Below are positions 17,298 to 27,200 of a stretch of DNA of 64,000 nucleotides, in pieces (position 1 is the stretch's first letter; every line of letters begins with the position of its first letter). Made by a program: the position numbers and the translations under genes. Where the stretch lies: assembly GCA_023411645.1 (NCBI GenBank), contig JAEYON010000068.1, positions 44,599 through 108,598 on the forward strand, in the 5' to 3' direction. The notes beneath the pieces were generated by a model that did not search any database, had not been told where the DNA came from, and saw only the letters and a list, made by a program, of their open reading frames with translations. The stretch comes from Bacillota bacterium. Its GTDB lineage: Bacteria; Bacillota; Clostridia; Acetivibrionales; DTU013.

Positions 17298-18587
17298 ATG
17301 CCAAATGAAAGAAACCTGAAATTTGAAACTCTGCAACTCCACGCAGGACAGGAAAATCCTGATCCCGCAACCGGTGCGAGAGCCGTTCCGATCTACCAGA
17401 CCACCTCCTATGTTTTTGCCGATTTCGCTCAGGCGGAAGGCCGGTTTGGGCTCACAGAGGGCGGAAATATTTATACGCGAATCATGAATCCGACCACGGA
17501 TGTTTTTGAAAAGCGCATTGCGGCTCTTGAGGGGGGTATTGCTGCCCTTGCGGTGGCCAGCGGCGCTGCGGCAATTACCTATGCCGTCCAGAATATAGCT
17601 CATGCGGGCGACCATATTGTATCCGCCAACACTATATATGGAGGTACATACAATCTTTTTGCACACACATTTAAGGATTTTGGAATCGATGTGACTTTCG
17701 TTAATCCGGATGAGGAGGGAAGTTTCGAATCGGCAATCAGGCTGAATACCAAGGCTATTTTTATTGAGAGCCTTGGCAACCCCAACTGCAGTCTTGTGGA
17801 TATTGATGCTCTGGCAGAGCTTGCACACAGAAACGGCATTCCTCTCATAGTTGACAATACATTTGCAACGCCTTATCTCCTTCGTCCCATCGATCATGGT
17901 GCGGATATTATTGTACATTCGGCCACTAAGTTTATTGGGGGTCACGGAACATCAATCGGCGGAGTAATTGTTGACAGCGGAAGGTTTGATTGGGTTGGAT
18001 CCGGCAAATTCCCGTACCTGACGGAGCCTGATCCAAGTTACCATGGCGTGCGCTTTACAGATGCAGCCGGCGCTGCGGCCTATATTACTAAGGTAAGAGT
18101 TACTTTGCTCAGGGATACGGGAGCAGCACTGAGCCCGTTTAATTCATTCCTGTTTCTGCAGGGATTGGAGACGTTATCACTTCGTGTGGAGCGGCATGTA
18201 GAAAACACGCTCAAGGTCATTGATTTCCTCGGGAGCCATCCAAAAGTGGAAAGAGTCAATCATCCGTCCCTTCCCGACAGCCCATACAACAAGCTTTACG
18301 GGGAATACTTCCCAAAGGGTGCAGGTTCCATCTTCACATTTGAGATCAAGGGAGGCGCGCAAGAAGCAAAGACTTTTATCGACAAGCTTGAGATATTTTC
18401 CTTGCTTGCAAATGTTGCCGATGTAAAATCTCTTGTAATCCATCCTGCAAGCACGACTCACTCCCAGATGACTGAACAGGAGCTTATGGAATCAGGGATC
18501 AGGAAGAATACGATACGTCTGTCTGTAGGCACAGAGCATATAGACGACCTGATCTGGGATCTTGACCAGGCACTGGCAGCTCTGTGA
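17298..18587 (+). CDS. metY: O-acetylhomoserine (thiol)-lyase / sulfhydrylase, PLP-dependent
   Basis: 429 aa. [39 protein letters not shown] and [11 protein letters not shown] (PLP lysine). Confidence 0.9.
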   Translation: MPNERNLKFETLQLHAGQENPDPATGARAVPIYQTTSYVFADFAQAEGRFGLTEGGNIYTRIMNPTTDVFEKRIAALEGGIAALAVASGAAAITYAVQNIAHAGDHIVSANTIYGGTYNLFAHTFKDFGIDVTFVNPDEEGSFESAIRLNTKAIFIESLGNPNCSLVDIDALAELAHRNGIPLIVDNTFATPYLLRPIDHGADIIVHSATKFIGGHGTSIGGVIVDSGRFDWVGSGKFPYLTEPDPSYHGVRFTDAAGAAAYITKVRVTLLRDTGAALSPFNSFLFLQGLETLSLRVERHVENTLKVIDFLGSHPKVERVNHPSLPDSPYNKLYGEYFPKGAGSIFTFEIKGGAQEAKTFIDKLEIFSLLANVADVKSLVIHPASTTHSQMTEQELMESGIRKNTIRLSVGTEHIDDLIWDLDQALAAL

Positions 18588-18632
18588 TGGAATGATACAG
18601 TAGTATTACACAATTTTCGGGTGCTTAAACAG

Positions 18633-18671
18633 GACGTCTATTTCGATATGACAATAGACGTCTTTGCTTTT
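18633..18671 (+). terminator. Rho-independent terminator after metY (possibly shared with convergent uxaC)
   Basis: GACGTCTATT (18633-18642) pairs with AATAGACGTC (18653-18662), followed by TTTGCTTTT. Confidence 0.7.
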
Positions 18672-18783
18672 GGAGATGAGAACGAGGTTCTCACACAGAA
18701 AAGAGGCAAAGCTGTTACCAAAGTGCAGGAGAGCTTTTCGCAATACGAGATGAACCTTTGGAGTGGGAGCTGAATATGCCGGA

Positions 18784-20196
18784 TTATAGACCAAAATAGT
18801 CGACAGCGTTATTATAGCAGATATTTTGCACCATATTCCCCAAAAGGTCCATATCTTGTGGAGCCTCACCGGTATGCACCCATTTTCCGAGCAGGTTGCA
18901 CAGGATTCTGCGGAAATATTCATGACGTGTGTACGATATAAAACTTCTGGAATCAGTAAGCATACCGACAAAGCGGCTGAGAAGCCCCAGATTTGCCAGC
19001 GTAACCAGTTGTTTTTCCATTCCATCCTTCTGATCGTTGAACCACCACGCCGAGCCCAGCTGCATTTTGCTTGGGATGCCTCCTCCCTGAAAACAGCCGA
19101 TAATTGTTCCCAGAACTTCATTTTTAGATGGGTTCAGGCTGTAAAGGATAGTTTTAGGAAGCTCATCAGTTTCATCCAGCGTATTCAAGAAGAGGGAAAG
19201 GCTAGAGGCCGTATTCCAGTCCCCGATAGCGTCGAAGCCTGTATCAGGACCCAATTTACGCATCATTCGCGTATTATTGTTCCTCATTACATCCATGTGA
19301 AGCTGCATGACCCACCCGAGACGAGCATACTGTCTTCCAAGGAATAGCAGGATCTCAGTTTTGTACAAGCCGATCTCCTCCCCGGTCATAGGTTCACCTT
19401 CCAGGCCCTTTGCAAAGGCTGTTTGAAGGCTGTTCTTACCGCCGTTCTTTTTTACATCCTGATAGACGATTGGATCCAGTGCATGATCCGATATCCGGCA
19501 GCCTGCGGCATGGAAGAATTCAATCCTCTTGAGAAGAGCAGCTTTTACATCTTCGGTTCCCTTGATATCAACGCCGGAGACTGCAGATAGTTTTGCAATG
19601 TATTGAGCAAATCCTGATTTGTCAATATTGATTGCTTTATCCGGCCTGAAGGCAGGAAGCACCTTAACATCAAAGGTATCATCCTTAAGCAGGGCAGAGT
19701 GGAAGGAAAGATCATCGACGGGATCGTCTGTAGTGCAAAGCATCTTCACATTAGAACGTCTGATGAGGTTTCTTGCTGTAAAATCCTTTGTCTTTAGCTG
19801 GGCGTTGCAGTCATGCCATATTTTTTCTGCTGTTTGCGGTCCAAGCAATTCATCGATGCCGAAATAGCGTTTCAATTCAAGGTGTGTCCAATGATATAGT
19901 GGATTGCCGACACTATTGGAGATTGTATCAGCCCATTTCAGGAATTTTTCATAATCGTCGCCGTCTCCTGTGATATAGCGTTCATCCACTCCGTTAAACC
20001 GCATAGCGCGCCATTTGTAATGATCGCCTCCAAGCCAGAGCTCGGTGATGTTGCGGTATTGCTTGTCCTGAGCGATTTCCTCAGGGTTAAGGTGACAGTG
20101 GTAGTCCAGAATAGGCATATTTTCAGCATACCGGTGATAGAGCTCGGATGCAGTTTTATTCTCCAGTAGAAAATCACGATCCATAAATTTTTTCAT
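18784..20196 (-). CDS. uxaC: Glucuronate isomerase
   Basis: 470 aa. FMDRDFLLENKTASELYH, PILDYHCHLNPEEI and LWLGGDHYKWRAMR are typical UxaC motifs. Confidence 0.92.
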   Translation of the reverse strand: MKKFMDRDFLLENKTASELYHRYAENMPILDYHCHLNPEEIAQDKQYRNITELWLGGDHYKWRAMRFNGVDERYITGDGDDYEKFLKWADTISNSVGNPLYHWTHLELKRYFGIDELLGPQTAEKIWHDCNAQLKTKDFTARNLIRRSNVKMLCTTDDPVDDLSFHSALLKDDTFDVKVLPAFRPDKAINIDKSGFAQYIAKLSAVSGVDIKGTEDVKAALLKRIEFFHAAGCRISDHALDPIVYQDVKKNGGKNSLQTAFAKGLEGEPMTGEEIGLYKTEILLFLGRQYARLGWVMQLHMDVMRNNNTRMMRKLGPDTGFDAIGDWNTASSLSLFLNTLDETDELPKTILYSLNPSKNEVLGTIIGCFQGGGIPSKMQLGSAWWFNDQKDGMEKQLVTLANLGLLSRFVGMLTDSRSFISYTRHEYFRRILCNLLGKWVHTGEAPQDMDLLGNMVQNICYNNAVDYFGL

Positions 20197-20458
20197 TTAT
20201 CTGTGCCTCCGATATGAGTTGATATTCAATATATACTCTGAACGAGAGTTTTGTAATCATCTCTATTATATATCGACAAAGTGCAAGTAAATTTGCTTTT
20301 ATTGCCTGTATACATGCAAGAATTGCTGTATTCTATTTTCAATACCTGGCCATCCGGCCAGGGTATAATCCCTCCATGTGATTGAAGCGTGTCGGCGAAT
20401 TATTTAATACACTTAGAGAAGTAATAATAGGTGTATCAGATAAAATGGGGTGATTGCA

Positions 20459-20812
20459 ATGAGAGTGCTGATAGCCGATGATCAGGCCGATGTACGGTCT
20501 GCCTTGAAGATACTGCTTGAACAAGAGAAGCATATATGTCTGTTTTATGAGGCTGAGGGAATTAGTGAGATGCTGTTAAAGACAGAATGCATGCAGCCGG
20601 ATCTGATTCTGCTCGATTGGGAACTGTCCAACAAGGCCATGAGGCAAGTGGTGCCGATCTTGAGACAGTTGGATCCGGGAGTCAGAATTATTGCGCTCAG
20701 CGGACGACCCGAGGCTTCGGATAAAGCGTTGAAAGCGGGAGTTGATGCTTTTGTCAGCAAAGGAGAAACGGCGGAGGAGCTTCTTAAGGCTATTAATGGG
20801 ACAAAACGTTGA
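20459..20812 (+). CDS. Single-domain (CheY-like) response regulator
   Basis: MRVLIADDQADVRSAL...LILLDWEL...ALSGRPE...KAGVDAFVSKGE. REC only, no output domain. ATG 20459 is preceded by GGGGTG; the ORF track starts at GTG 20450. Confidence 0.85.
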   Translation: MRVLIADDQADVRSALKILLEQEKHICLFYEAEGISEMLLKTECMQPDLILLDWELSNKAMRQVVPILRQLDPGVRIIALSGRPEASDKALKAGVDAFVSKGETAEELLKAINGTKR

Positions 20813-20985
20813 ACCTGGCTGTCTGGTCAGGTATGAAAACTGAGCAGCTGACCCGGCTGAAATCCATCCTTTAGACTGATGTGAACAATCAGACAAAACT
20901 TTATGATAAATGCTGTAATGAAAAGCATCCGAAGCTTCGTATATTAACAACGGACTTCGTGAATGACTTAGCCGGAGGTGTTTGA

Positions 20986-21525
20986 ATGGAAAGAACAGAT
21001 TATGATTTGGTTAGGGAATGCCTGGAGGGCAACAAAGATGCCTTTACTGAGTTGATATCAAGATATAAAAGGCTTATTTACTCTGTTGCCTGGAAATTTT
21101 CAAAGGACAATGAAGAGGTTAATGACATGGCACAGGATGCATTTATTAAGATTTACAGATCACTGGCCAAATACGACAGCAAGTACAAATTTTCAACCTG
21201 GAGCGTCAAGGTTGCGACCAATATATGTCTGGACCATGTAAGGCGCAAAAGAATCAATCTGGTCTCACTTGATGAGATAGAAGGCTTTACAGGCAGTAAT
21301 AATTCTCCCGAAGAAAGCTATCTGAGGAAGGAACATTCCAAAATGCTGAAAAATGCCATAGATGAGTTGCCGGAGATTTATAGGGTGCCGATTGTTATGT
21401 ACCACCAAAAGGGAATGTCCTACAAGGAAATTGCGGATTTTCTCGGAAAGCCGATGTCTATTATCAAAAACAGAATATTCAGGGCAAGGAATGCATTGAA
21501 GGAGAACCTGATCGGTGTTGCATGA
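20986..21525 (+). CDS. ECF-type sigma-70 family RNA polymerase sigma factor
   Basis: 179 aa. Region 2: FTELISRYKRLIYSVAWKF...AQDAFIKIY...FSTWSVKVATNICLDHVRRK. Region 4: MSYKEIADFLGKPMSIIKNRIFRAR. No adjacent anti-sigma-like ORF. Confidence 0.88.
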   Translation: MERTDYDLVRECLEGNKDAFTELISRYKRLIYSVAWKFSKDNEEVNDMAQDAFIKIYRSLAKYDSKYKFSTWSVKVATNICLDHVRRKRINLVSLDEIEGFTGSNNSPEESYLRKEHSKMLKNAIDELPEIYRVPIVMYHQKGMSYKEIADFLGKPMSIIKNRIFRARNALKENLIGVA

Positions 21526-21562
21526 TGCTTGACTGACATGCAGCTGTAAAATATAATGGTGT

Positions 21563-21614
21563 GGACAGTTATTGAATATAAATATTGAAGTAACTGTCCA
21601 TTTATTTGTTTTTA
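21563..21614 (+). terminator. Rho-independent terminator after the sigma-factor gene
   Basis: GGACAGTTA (21563-21571) pairs with TAACTGTCC (21591-21599), followed by ATTTATTTGTTTTT. Confidence 0.7.
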
Positions 21615-21627
21615 TGGGGGACGCAGG

Positions 21628-22188
21628 ATGAAAAGCATTTATGTAGTGATGACTGCTACGGGCACCTGGTTTTCTAAATGTATTGGGTTGTATACCAGAG
21701 CGAGATATAATCATGCTTCTATTTGCCTTGATTCGGGAATAGATGAGTTTTATAGCTTCGGCAGAAAAATTGCGTGGTTTCCGCTCGTTGGCGGATTTGT
21801 GATTGAACATAAGGATACGGGTTTGTTTAAGGCTTTTGGAAATACAATGTGCGCTATTTACAAACTCGATGTAGATGACGCCAAGTATGAGGTGCTTAAG
21901 AAGTCAATCGAGGCGTTTATTATAAACAGAAAGATCTACGGATACAACATTCTCGGATTAATTGGTGTAATACTTAATATTCCGATGAAGAGAAAAAACA
22001 AATTCTTTTGTACCCAGTTTGTGGCAACTATGATGAAGTTGAGTAATATCTATGACTTTGGAAAGGATCCCTCTCTTGTCACTCCTCAGGATCTGTGTGA
22101 GATCAGTGAACTGATACTTGTCTATGAAGGCAGACTCTCTGACCTCGGATGCGGTCTTAGTGTCAACCGTCTGGCAGTCAACGGATAA
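21628..22188 (+). CDS. Permuted papain-fold (YiiX/YaeF, NlpC/P60-superfamily-like) protein
   Basis: 186-aa ORF with an early His (RARYNHASICLD) and a later Cys (NKFFCTQFVATMM), the order seen in permuted papain-like amidases. Assigned by motif recall only. Confidence 0.45.
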   Translation: MKSIYVVMTATGTWFSKCIGLYTRARYNHASICLDSGIDEFYSFGRKIAWFPLVGGFVIEHKDTGLFKAFGNTMCAIYKLDVDDAKYEVLKKSIEAFIINRKIYGYNILGLIGVILNIPMKRKNKFFCTQFVATMMKLSNIYDFGKDPSLVTPQDLCEISELILVYEGRLSDLGCGLSVNRLAVNG

Positions 22189-22289
22189 AAAAAGAAAGAG
22201 GGACGATTTGAGATATTATCAACTCCAAACCGTCACCTCTGATTTATCACCTCTAATTAGTTTTTGTTCTCTGTCATCTATTCTCTGTA

Positions 22290-23060
22290 CTATAGCACAT
22301 AGACCATTCGCCCGATTCTTGCCTTTAGCGGTTTTGACCAGAGCCATTTGTTTGTGGCACTGTCATCAAAGTAGTATAGTGCACCGTTACTTGGATCACT
22401 GCCATGAAGAGCCTCAAGGGCAGCATTTCTGTCATTCTGCGTTGCAGGATTGTTGATCCAGCCGTTTTCAACCGGGGTGAACTGATAATATCCGTTACTG
22501 CTCACTTCATATATGACGGATGTTATCGTATCAGGAAAAAGATCGCTTTTAACTCTGTTTACAACAACTGCGGCGACACCTACCTTTGCGGAATAGGGCT
22601 CGCTTTCCGCCTCGGCTCTGACCAGTCTGGCCAACAGATCAAGCTCGGCCTCCGTATAAGGTATAACTGCCTTGCCTGTATCGACAATAGCATTGGCAGT
22701 GCCTGATGGAATATTCAGCTTTTGCCCGGGATAGATCATATTATCCCATTTGTTGTTGGCTTTTCTCAGTGAGCTTAATGATACCCTGTATTTATCAGCG
22801 ATCTTTATAAGTGTATCTCCGCTTTTTACTGTGTGGGTATCCGCTCGGACATATAATTGCTGCCCAGGATAGATCATGCTGCCGGAGAGCTTGTTGTCCG
22901 ACATAATGGTATTGGCTGAGGTGTTGAACATTTGACCGATTTTATACAATGAATCGTTTTTCTGCACAGTATAGCTTGCGCCAAATGCTGTATTTACTTG
23001 CATAAAGCATGACAATAAAATACCAGCAACCAATGCGGTACTTTTCCTAATGGTTTTCAT
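22290..23060 (-). CDS. Secreted cell-wall hydrolase: signal peptide, 2 LysM domains, SleB-type (Hydrolase_2) catalytic domain
   Basis: 256 aa. Signal peptide MKTIRKSTALVAGILLSCFMQVNTAFG. Two LysM repeats (YTVQKNDSLYKIGQMF..., HTVKSGDTLIKIADKY...). C-terminal LLARLVRAEAESEPYSAKVGVAAVVVNRV...YQFTPV...ALYYF. Confidence 0.85.
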   Translation of the reverse strand: MKTIRKSTALVAGILLSCFMQVNTAFGASYTVQKNDSLYKIGQMFNTSANTIMSDNKLSGSMIYPGQQLYVRADTHTVKSGDTLIKIADKYRVSLSSLRKANNKWDNMIYPGQKLNIPSGTANAIVDTGKAVIPYTEAELDLLARLVRAEAESEPYSAKVGVAAVVVNRVKSDLFPDTITSVIYEVSSNGYYQFTPVENGWINNPATQNDRNAALEALHGSDPSNGALYYFDDSATNKWLWSKPLKARIGRMVYVL

Positions 23061-23075
23061 ATGTTTCCTCCTATT

Positions 23076-23210
23076 GCCTCCGGGGTTAGTTATCGGATTC
23101 GGGTAGAGGCACCCTACTCATTTCGAGATTCACCCTTAGGAAACAGCCAGCGATATCGCAAGCGCATCCATTTGTTGCGTCCCCCGTACTCCTTTTGGAG
23201 ATTCGGCATT
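23076..23210 (-). promoter_or_regulatory. c-di-AMP riboswitch (ydaO/yuaA motif) in the 5' leader of the LysM/SleB-type hydrolase
   Basis: Minus-strand read: GCCGAATCTCCAAAAGGAGTACGGGGGACGCA...GGGTGAATCTCGAAATGAGTAGGGTGCCTCTACCCGAATCCGATAACTAACCCCGGAGGC. This matches the two pseudo-symmetric ydaO cores (AAUC..ACGGGGGA and GGUGAAUC..CCCGAAUCCG..AGCUAACC). An extended -10 TGTTACAAT lies at 23224-23232 and SD AGGAGG follows the motif. Confidence 0.85.
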
Positions 23211-23341
23211 TATTAATAAATATATTGTAACAAAGGCCTCTCCCCAATTTCCAGACTATATTTATGGCAGAGAAGGAAATATGGTACAATATATGAAGGA
23301 ATGAGGTATTTGCAAATAAATTGGGTCGGGTAGGTGGAAAT

Positions 23342-24124
23342 GTGTATGGATTGGTTTTAGAAGGTGGCGGCGGTAGGGGATCCTATCAGATTGGCGCCTG
23401 TATGGCAATTAAAGAGAGAGGCCTTGATATCCGAATGGTTGCAGGAACCTCGGTAGGGGCATTGAATGGTGCAATGGTAGTTCAGAACGATATCGAAAGA
23501 GCGTATGATATCTGGTATGAACTCAACCCGGGCAGAGTGATTCAAGCGACAGGCGATGAGATCGCCAGCTATATTAACAATGGTTTTAAACCTGAGTCGT
23601 TCAGGGCCTTTGTGAAAAGCATGAGAAAGGTTATATCTGAAGGAGGTCTGGATGTCGCCCCTCTCGAGGAAATGGTCAAGAATGTGATTGACGAGGACAG
23701 GATCAGAAAATCACCTATAGGCTTTGGCGTTGTTACTGTGGATCTTACCATGAGAAAAGCTGTTGAGATTTTTAAAGAAGATATTCCATCCGGCCAGCTT
23801 GCGGATTATGTCATTGCGAGCGCCAGCTTCCCGGCATTTAAAAGAACGATCATCGACGGAAGAGTTTTTATCGACGGCGGCTTCTATAATGTTCTTCCGG
23901 TGAACCTTGTCAGCAGCAAGGGCTTTAAAGACATTATCGTGATCAGGACATTTGGTTTTGGGATGAAAAGATACGTTGACGAAAGTATTCTTAATATCAT
24001 CAGTATAGCACCGTCCGTCAAGCTTGGATCCACGATGGATTTTAGCAATGCGACGGCTAGAAAAAATTTGAAAATGGGTTATGAGGATGCATGCAGAGTT
24101 CTTGAGAAGATAAAAGATTGTTGA
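23342..24124 (+). CDS. Patatin-like phospholipase
   Basis: GLVLEGGGGRGSYQIG (oxyanion GGxR) and AGTSVGALNG (GxSxG). GTG 23342 is preceded by AGGTGG; the ORF track starts at TTG 23321. Confidence 0.85.
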   Translation: MYGLVLEGGGGRGSYQIGACMAIKERGLDIRMVAGTSVGALNGAMVVQNDIERAYDIWYELNPGRVIQATGDEIASYINNGFKPESFRAFVKSMRKVISEGGLDVAPLEEMVKNVIDEDRIRKSPIGFGVVTVDLTMRKAVEIFKEDIPSGQLADYVIASASFPAFKRTIIDGRVFIDGGFYNVLPVNLVSSKGFKDIIVIRTFGFGMKRYVDESILNIISIAPSVKLGSTMDFSNATARKNLKMGYEDACRVLEKIKDC

Positions 24125-24244
24125 TTCCGAAAGGGATTATTTGGACGTTATTATGAATATCACCGATTCAGGGCATGATATATCGAGGCGGGCAGCAAGC
24201 TTTGTTTGCGCGTTATAAATGCTTGGAATGGTGATATTTGTATA

Positions 24245-27200
24245 ATGGGTTTATTTATTGCGACAACATATGTAATTCTATCAGGCGTTATTATTTATTT
24301 GCTGATATTAATTTCCAGACGTAAGGCTGACCGGTGTGTCGAAGTTCGTGACACCATACTTGCAACGGAAGAGTTAGAAAGGCATGCAATAGAAATAGCC
24401 AGAAGCCATCCGGTGATGAAATCGGCAAAAAGCCTCCATTGGCTGGTACGCAGGTTAAATAGCAATTATAGCTTTATAGTAGGAATATATAAAGCTTTGA
24501 ATATCGACGCCAGAGAATCATTCCCGTCAGCTCCTGCAGCTGAGTGGCTTCTTGATAATTTCTATATTATTGAGGAGCAGGTCAAGCTTATCAGAAGAAA
24601 TTTGTCAAGAGGCCGGTATTCAAAGCTTCCGGTATTGAAGGAGGGTTACCTGAAAGGATACCCGAGAGTTTATGCTATTGCTCTTGAGATGGTTGCTCAC
24701 TCTAACGGAGGCATTGACGACAGGATCATTACAACATTTATTCATGCATATCAGACCCAGACGATGCTGTCAATAGCTGAACTGTGGGCTTTTCCAATCA
24801 TGCTGCGGATTGCCGTGCTGGAAAGCATACGCAATGTGTGTGAAAAGATTCATACCTCCCGTATAGAATGGCATAAAGCAGAGGAGCTTGCCTCCCACAT
24901 TCTGACCCGCAAGCCGGACGAACAGGAAATCAAACAGCTCCTGGACGATCAGTTCAGTGAAGGGAAGCTGGTTACGTCGTCATTCACAGAGCACCTTGTC
25001 CAGCGCCTCCGAAAGGCTGGGAAGGGTAATTCTTCAGTTACTGCCCTCATGGATGCGTATCTGGAAAAAGAGCATTCTTCTATTGAGAAAATGACAGCAG
25101 AGGAACATCAAATGCAGGCTGAGATGCAGGTTGCCATCGGTAATTCCATCACCGGACTGCGCCTGATCTCAGAGCTTGACTGGTCTGAAATGTTTGAAGC
25201 GCTCAGCCACGTAGAACAGATTCTCAGGAAGGACCCCAGCGGTGTCTACGGGCAGATGGATTTTGAGTCAAGGGATTATTACAGACATGGGGTCGAGAAA
25301 CTTGCAAGGGCTTTTAACGTATCAGAGATCCATGTGACAAACAAAGCGATTGGTTGCGCAAAAGCCGGTGCCGGAAATCCGCCGCAGGATCATGTGGGAT
25401 ATTATCTGATCGGCAAAGGGCGCGAAACGCTTGTGGCGTTGCTTGAAAAGTCTTCGAAGCGGAGATGGGTGTTTTCATTTGCATCGCTAAAAAAGCCAAA
25501 AAGGCTTTATGCAGCTATCATATTATCTTTGACTGCCTTTTTGGTGTGCTTCTTCACCTATTATGCATTGAGCCGGAATAATGCGCAATCATTCCTATGG
25601 CCGTTTGTAACGGTATTGTTGACATTGATACCGTGCAGTGAATTTGCTATTAGTGTGACCAATACGATATTCGGCCATGTCTACAGACCAACGATGATGC
25701 CGAAGCTTGAACTGAAGGACGGTATTCCGAATGAACTGGCAGCCTTTGTGATCGTCCCTACCTTGCTGACCAGTCCGGGGCGTGCAGAAGAATTGCTCAG
25801 GCAGTTGGAAGTTTATTTTCTGGCAAACCGTGAGAAAAACCTGTATTTTGCTTTGGTTGGTGATTTTAAGGATGCCCCTTCGCAGACGCAGGAAAAGGAT
25901 GAGGGGATCGTCTCTGCTGTTCTAAATGGGGTTGAAGAGCTGAACGGGAAATATTCGGCTGACGGCCATGACATATTTTTCTACGTTCACCGAAAAAGAA
26001 GCTATAGCAAATCCCAGGATAGATGGATGGGCTGGGAAAGAAAAAGAGGCGCTGTACTGGAGTTTAACAGGCTTCTGAGAGGAGAAACAGATACGGGCTT
26101 CAATGTGATTAGCGGGGACGTTTCTCAACTGTCGGACATACGTTATGTTATCACGCTGGATGCGGATTCAAACCTTCCCATGGGAACAGCAAAAAGGCTG
26201 ATCGGAACAATGGCTCACCCACTGAACAAAGCCTGTGTGGACGAGGAGACCGAAACGGTGACCTCAGGATATGGGTTGCTTCAGCCGAGAATCTGTGTAA
26301 GCATAGCAGGAGCGAACCGGTCACTTTTCACAAAAATATTCGCAGGTCAGGGAGGGATTGATCCTTATACCACCGCTGTGTCCGACATATACCAGGATAT
26401 ATTTGACGAAGGAATCTTCACAGGCAAAGGAATCTATGAGGTTGATGTTTACAGAAGGGTGCTGGAGAACAGGATCCCCGATAACAAGGTGCTCAGTCAC
26501 GATCTGCTGGAAGGCTGTTATCTGCGTGCGGGGCTGGCCAGTGACATTGAACTGGTAGATAGCTACCCGAGCGGATATCAATCCTATACCGCCAGGCAGC
26601 ACAGGTGGGTCAGAGGAGATTGGCAGCTTCTGCCCTGGCTGGCAGGAAGAGTGGAAAAGCTTAACGGAAATAAAGTAAAAAATACATTGTCCGGTCTGTC
26701 GAAATGGAAAATAGCAGATAACCTGCGCAGAAGTCTCATTGCCCCATCTCTTCTGCTCCTGCTCATTGCAGGAATAGGCTTTCTGCCCGGAAGCAATTTA
26801 GTATGGATTGGATTTGTCATTCTTGTCTCGTCAACACCGTTGACTACAGGATTTCTAAACGTGCTGCTGAGCGGGAATTTACTATATTTTAGCGGCAAAA
26901 CAAATTCAACTGTCATTACCGGTATCAGGGCAGCTTTTTATCAATCTGTACTAATGCTTATGCTGATCCCGCATCAGACGTGGATTATGGCGGATGCGGT
27001 GATCCGCACAATATACAGGACCTTCATTTCTCATAAAAACATGCTTGAGTGGGTTACTGCAGCAGATGTAGAAGCGAGCGCAAAAAACAGTCCAGGCACT
27101 TATCTGAGGAAAATGTGGTTTGTATTCCCGGCGGCAGTTGCGTTAGCCGGTGCTGCCGCACTTTCTCCGGAAGGTCTTGGAATTGTTGCTGTGATCGTGA

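Noticed and set aside
17151-17945. 264-aa minus-strand ORF (and 16174..16758, 16825..17370) overlapping cysK and metY
   Set aside because: They are antisense to well-supported PLP-enzyme genes. They have low-complexity, Cys/Arg/Ser-rich composition, no SD and no family motifs.
18606-19121. 171-aa minus ORF and 173-aa plus ORF (18826..19347) at the uxaC 3' end
   Set aside because: They are out-of-frame or antisense overlaps of the full-length, motif-rich uxaC ORF.
20900-20945. Autoregulated ECF promoter (TGAAAC-N16-CGTA type) upstream of the sigma-factor gene
   Set aside because: TGAAAA...CGTAT is present, but the spacer is only about 13 nt, so it is not supportable.
23086-23289. 67-aa minus-strand ORF upstream of the LysM hydrolase
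   Set aside because: It coincides with the c-di-AMP riboswitch. The region is better explained as structured leader RNA.
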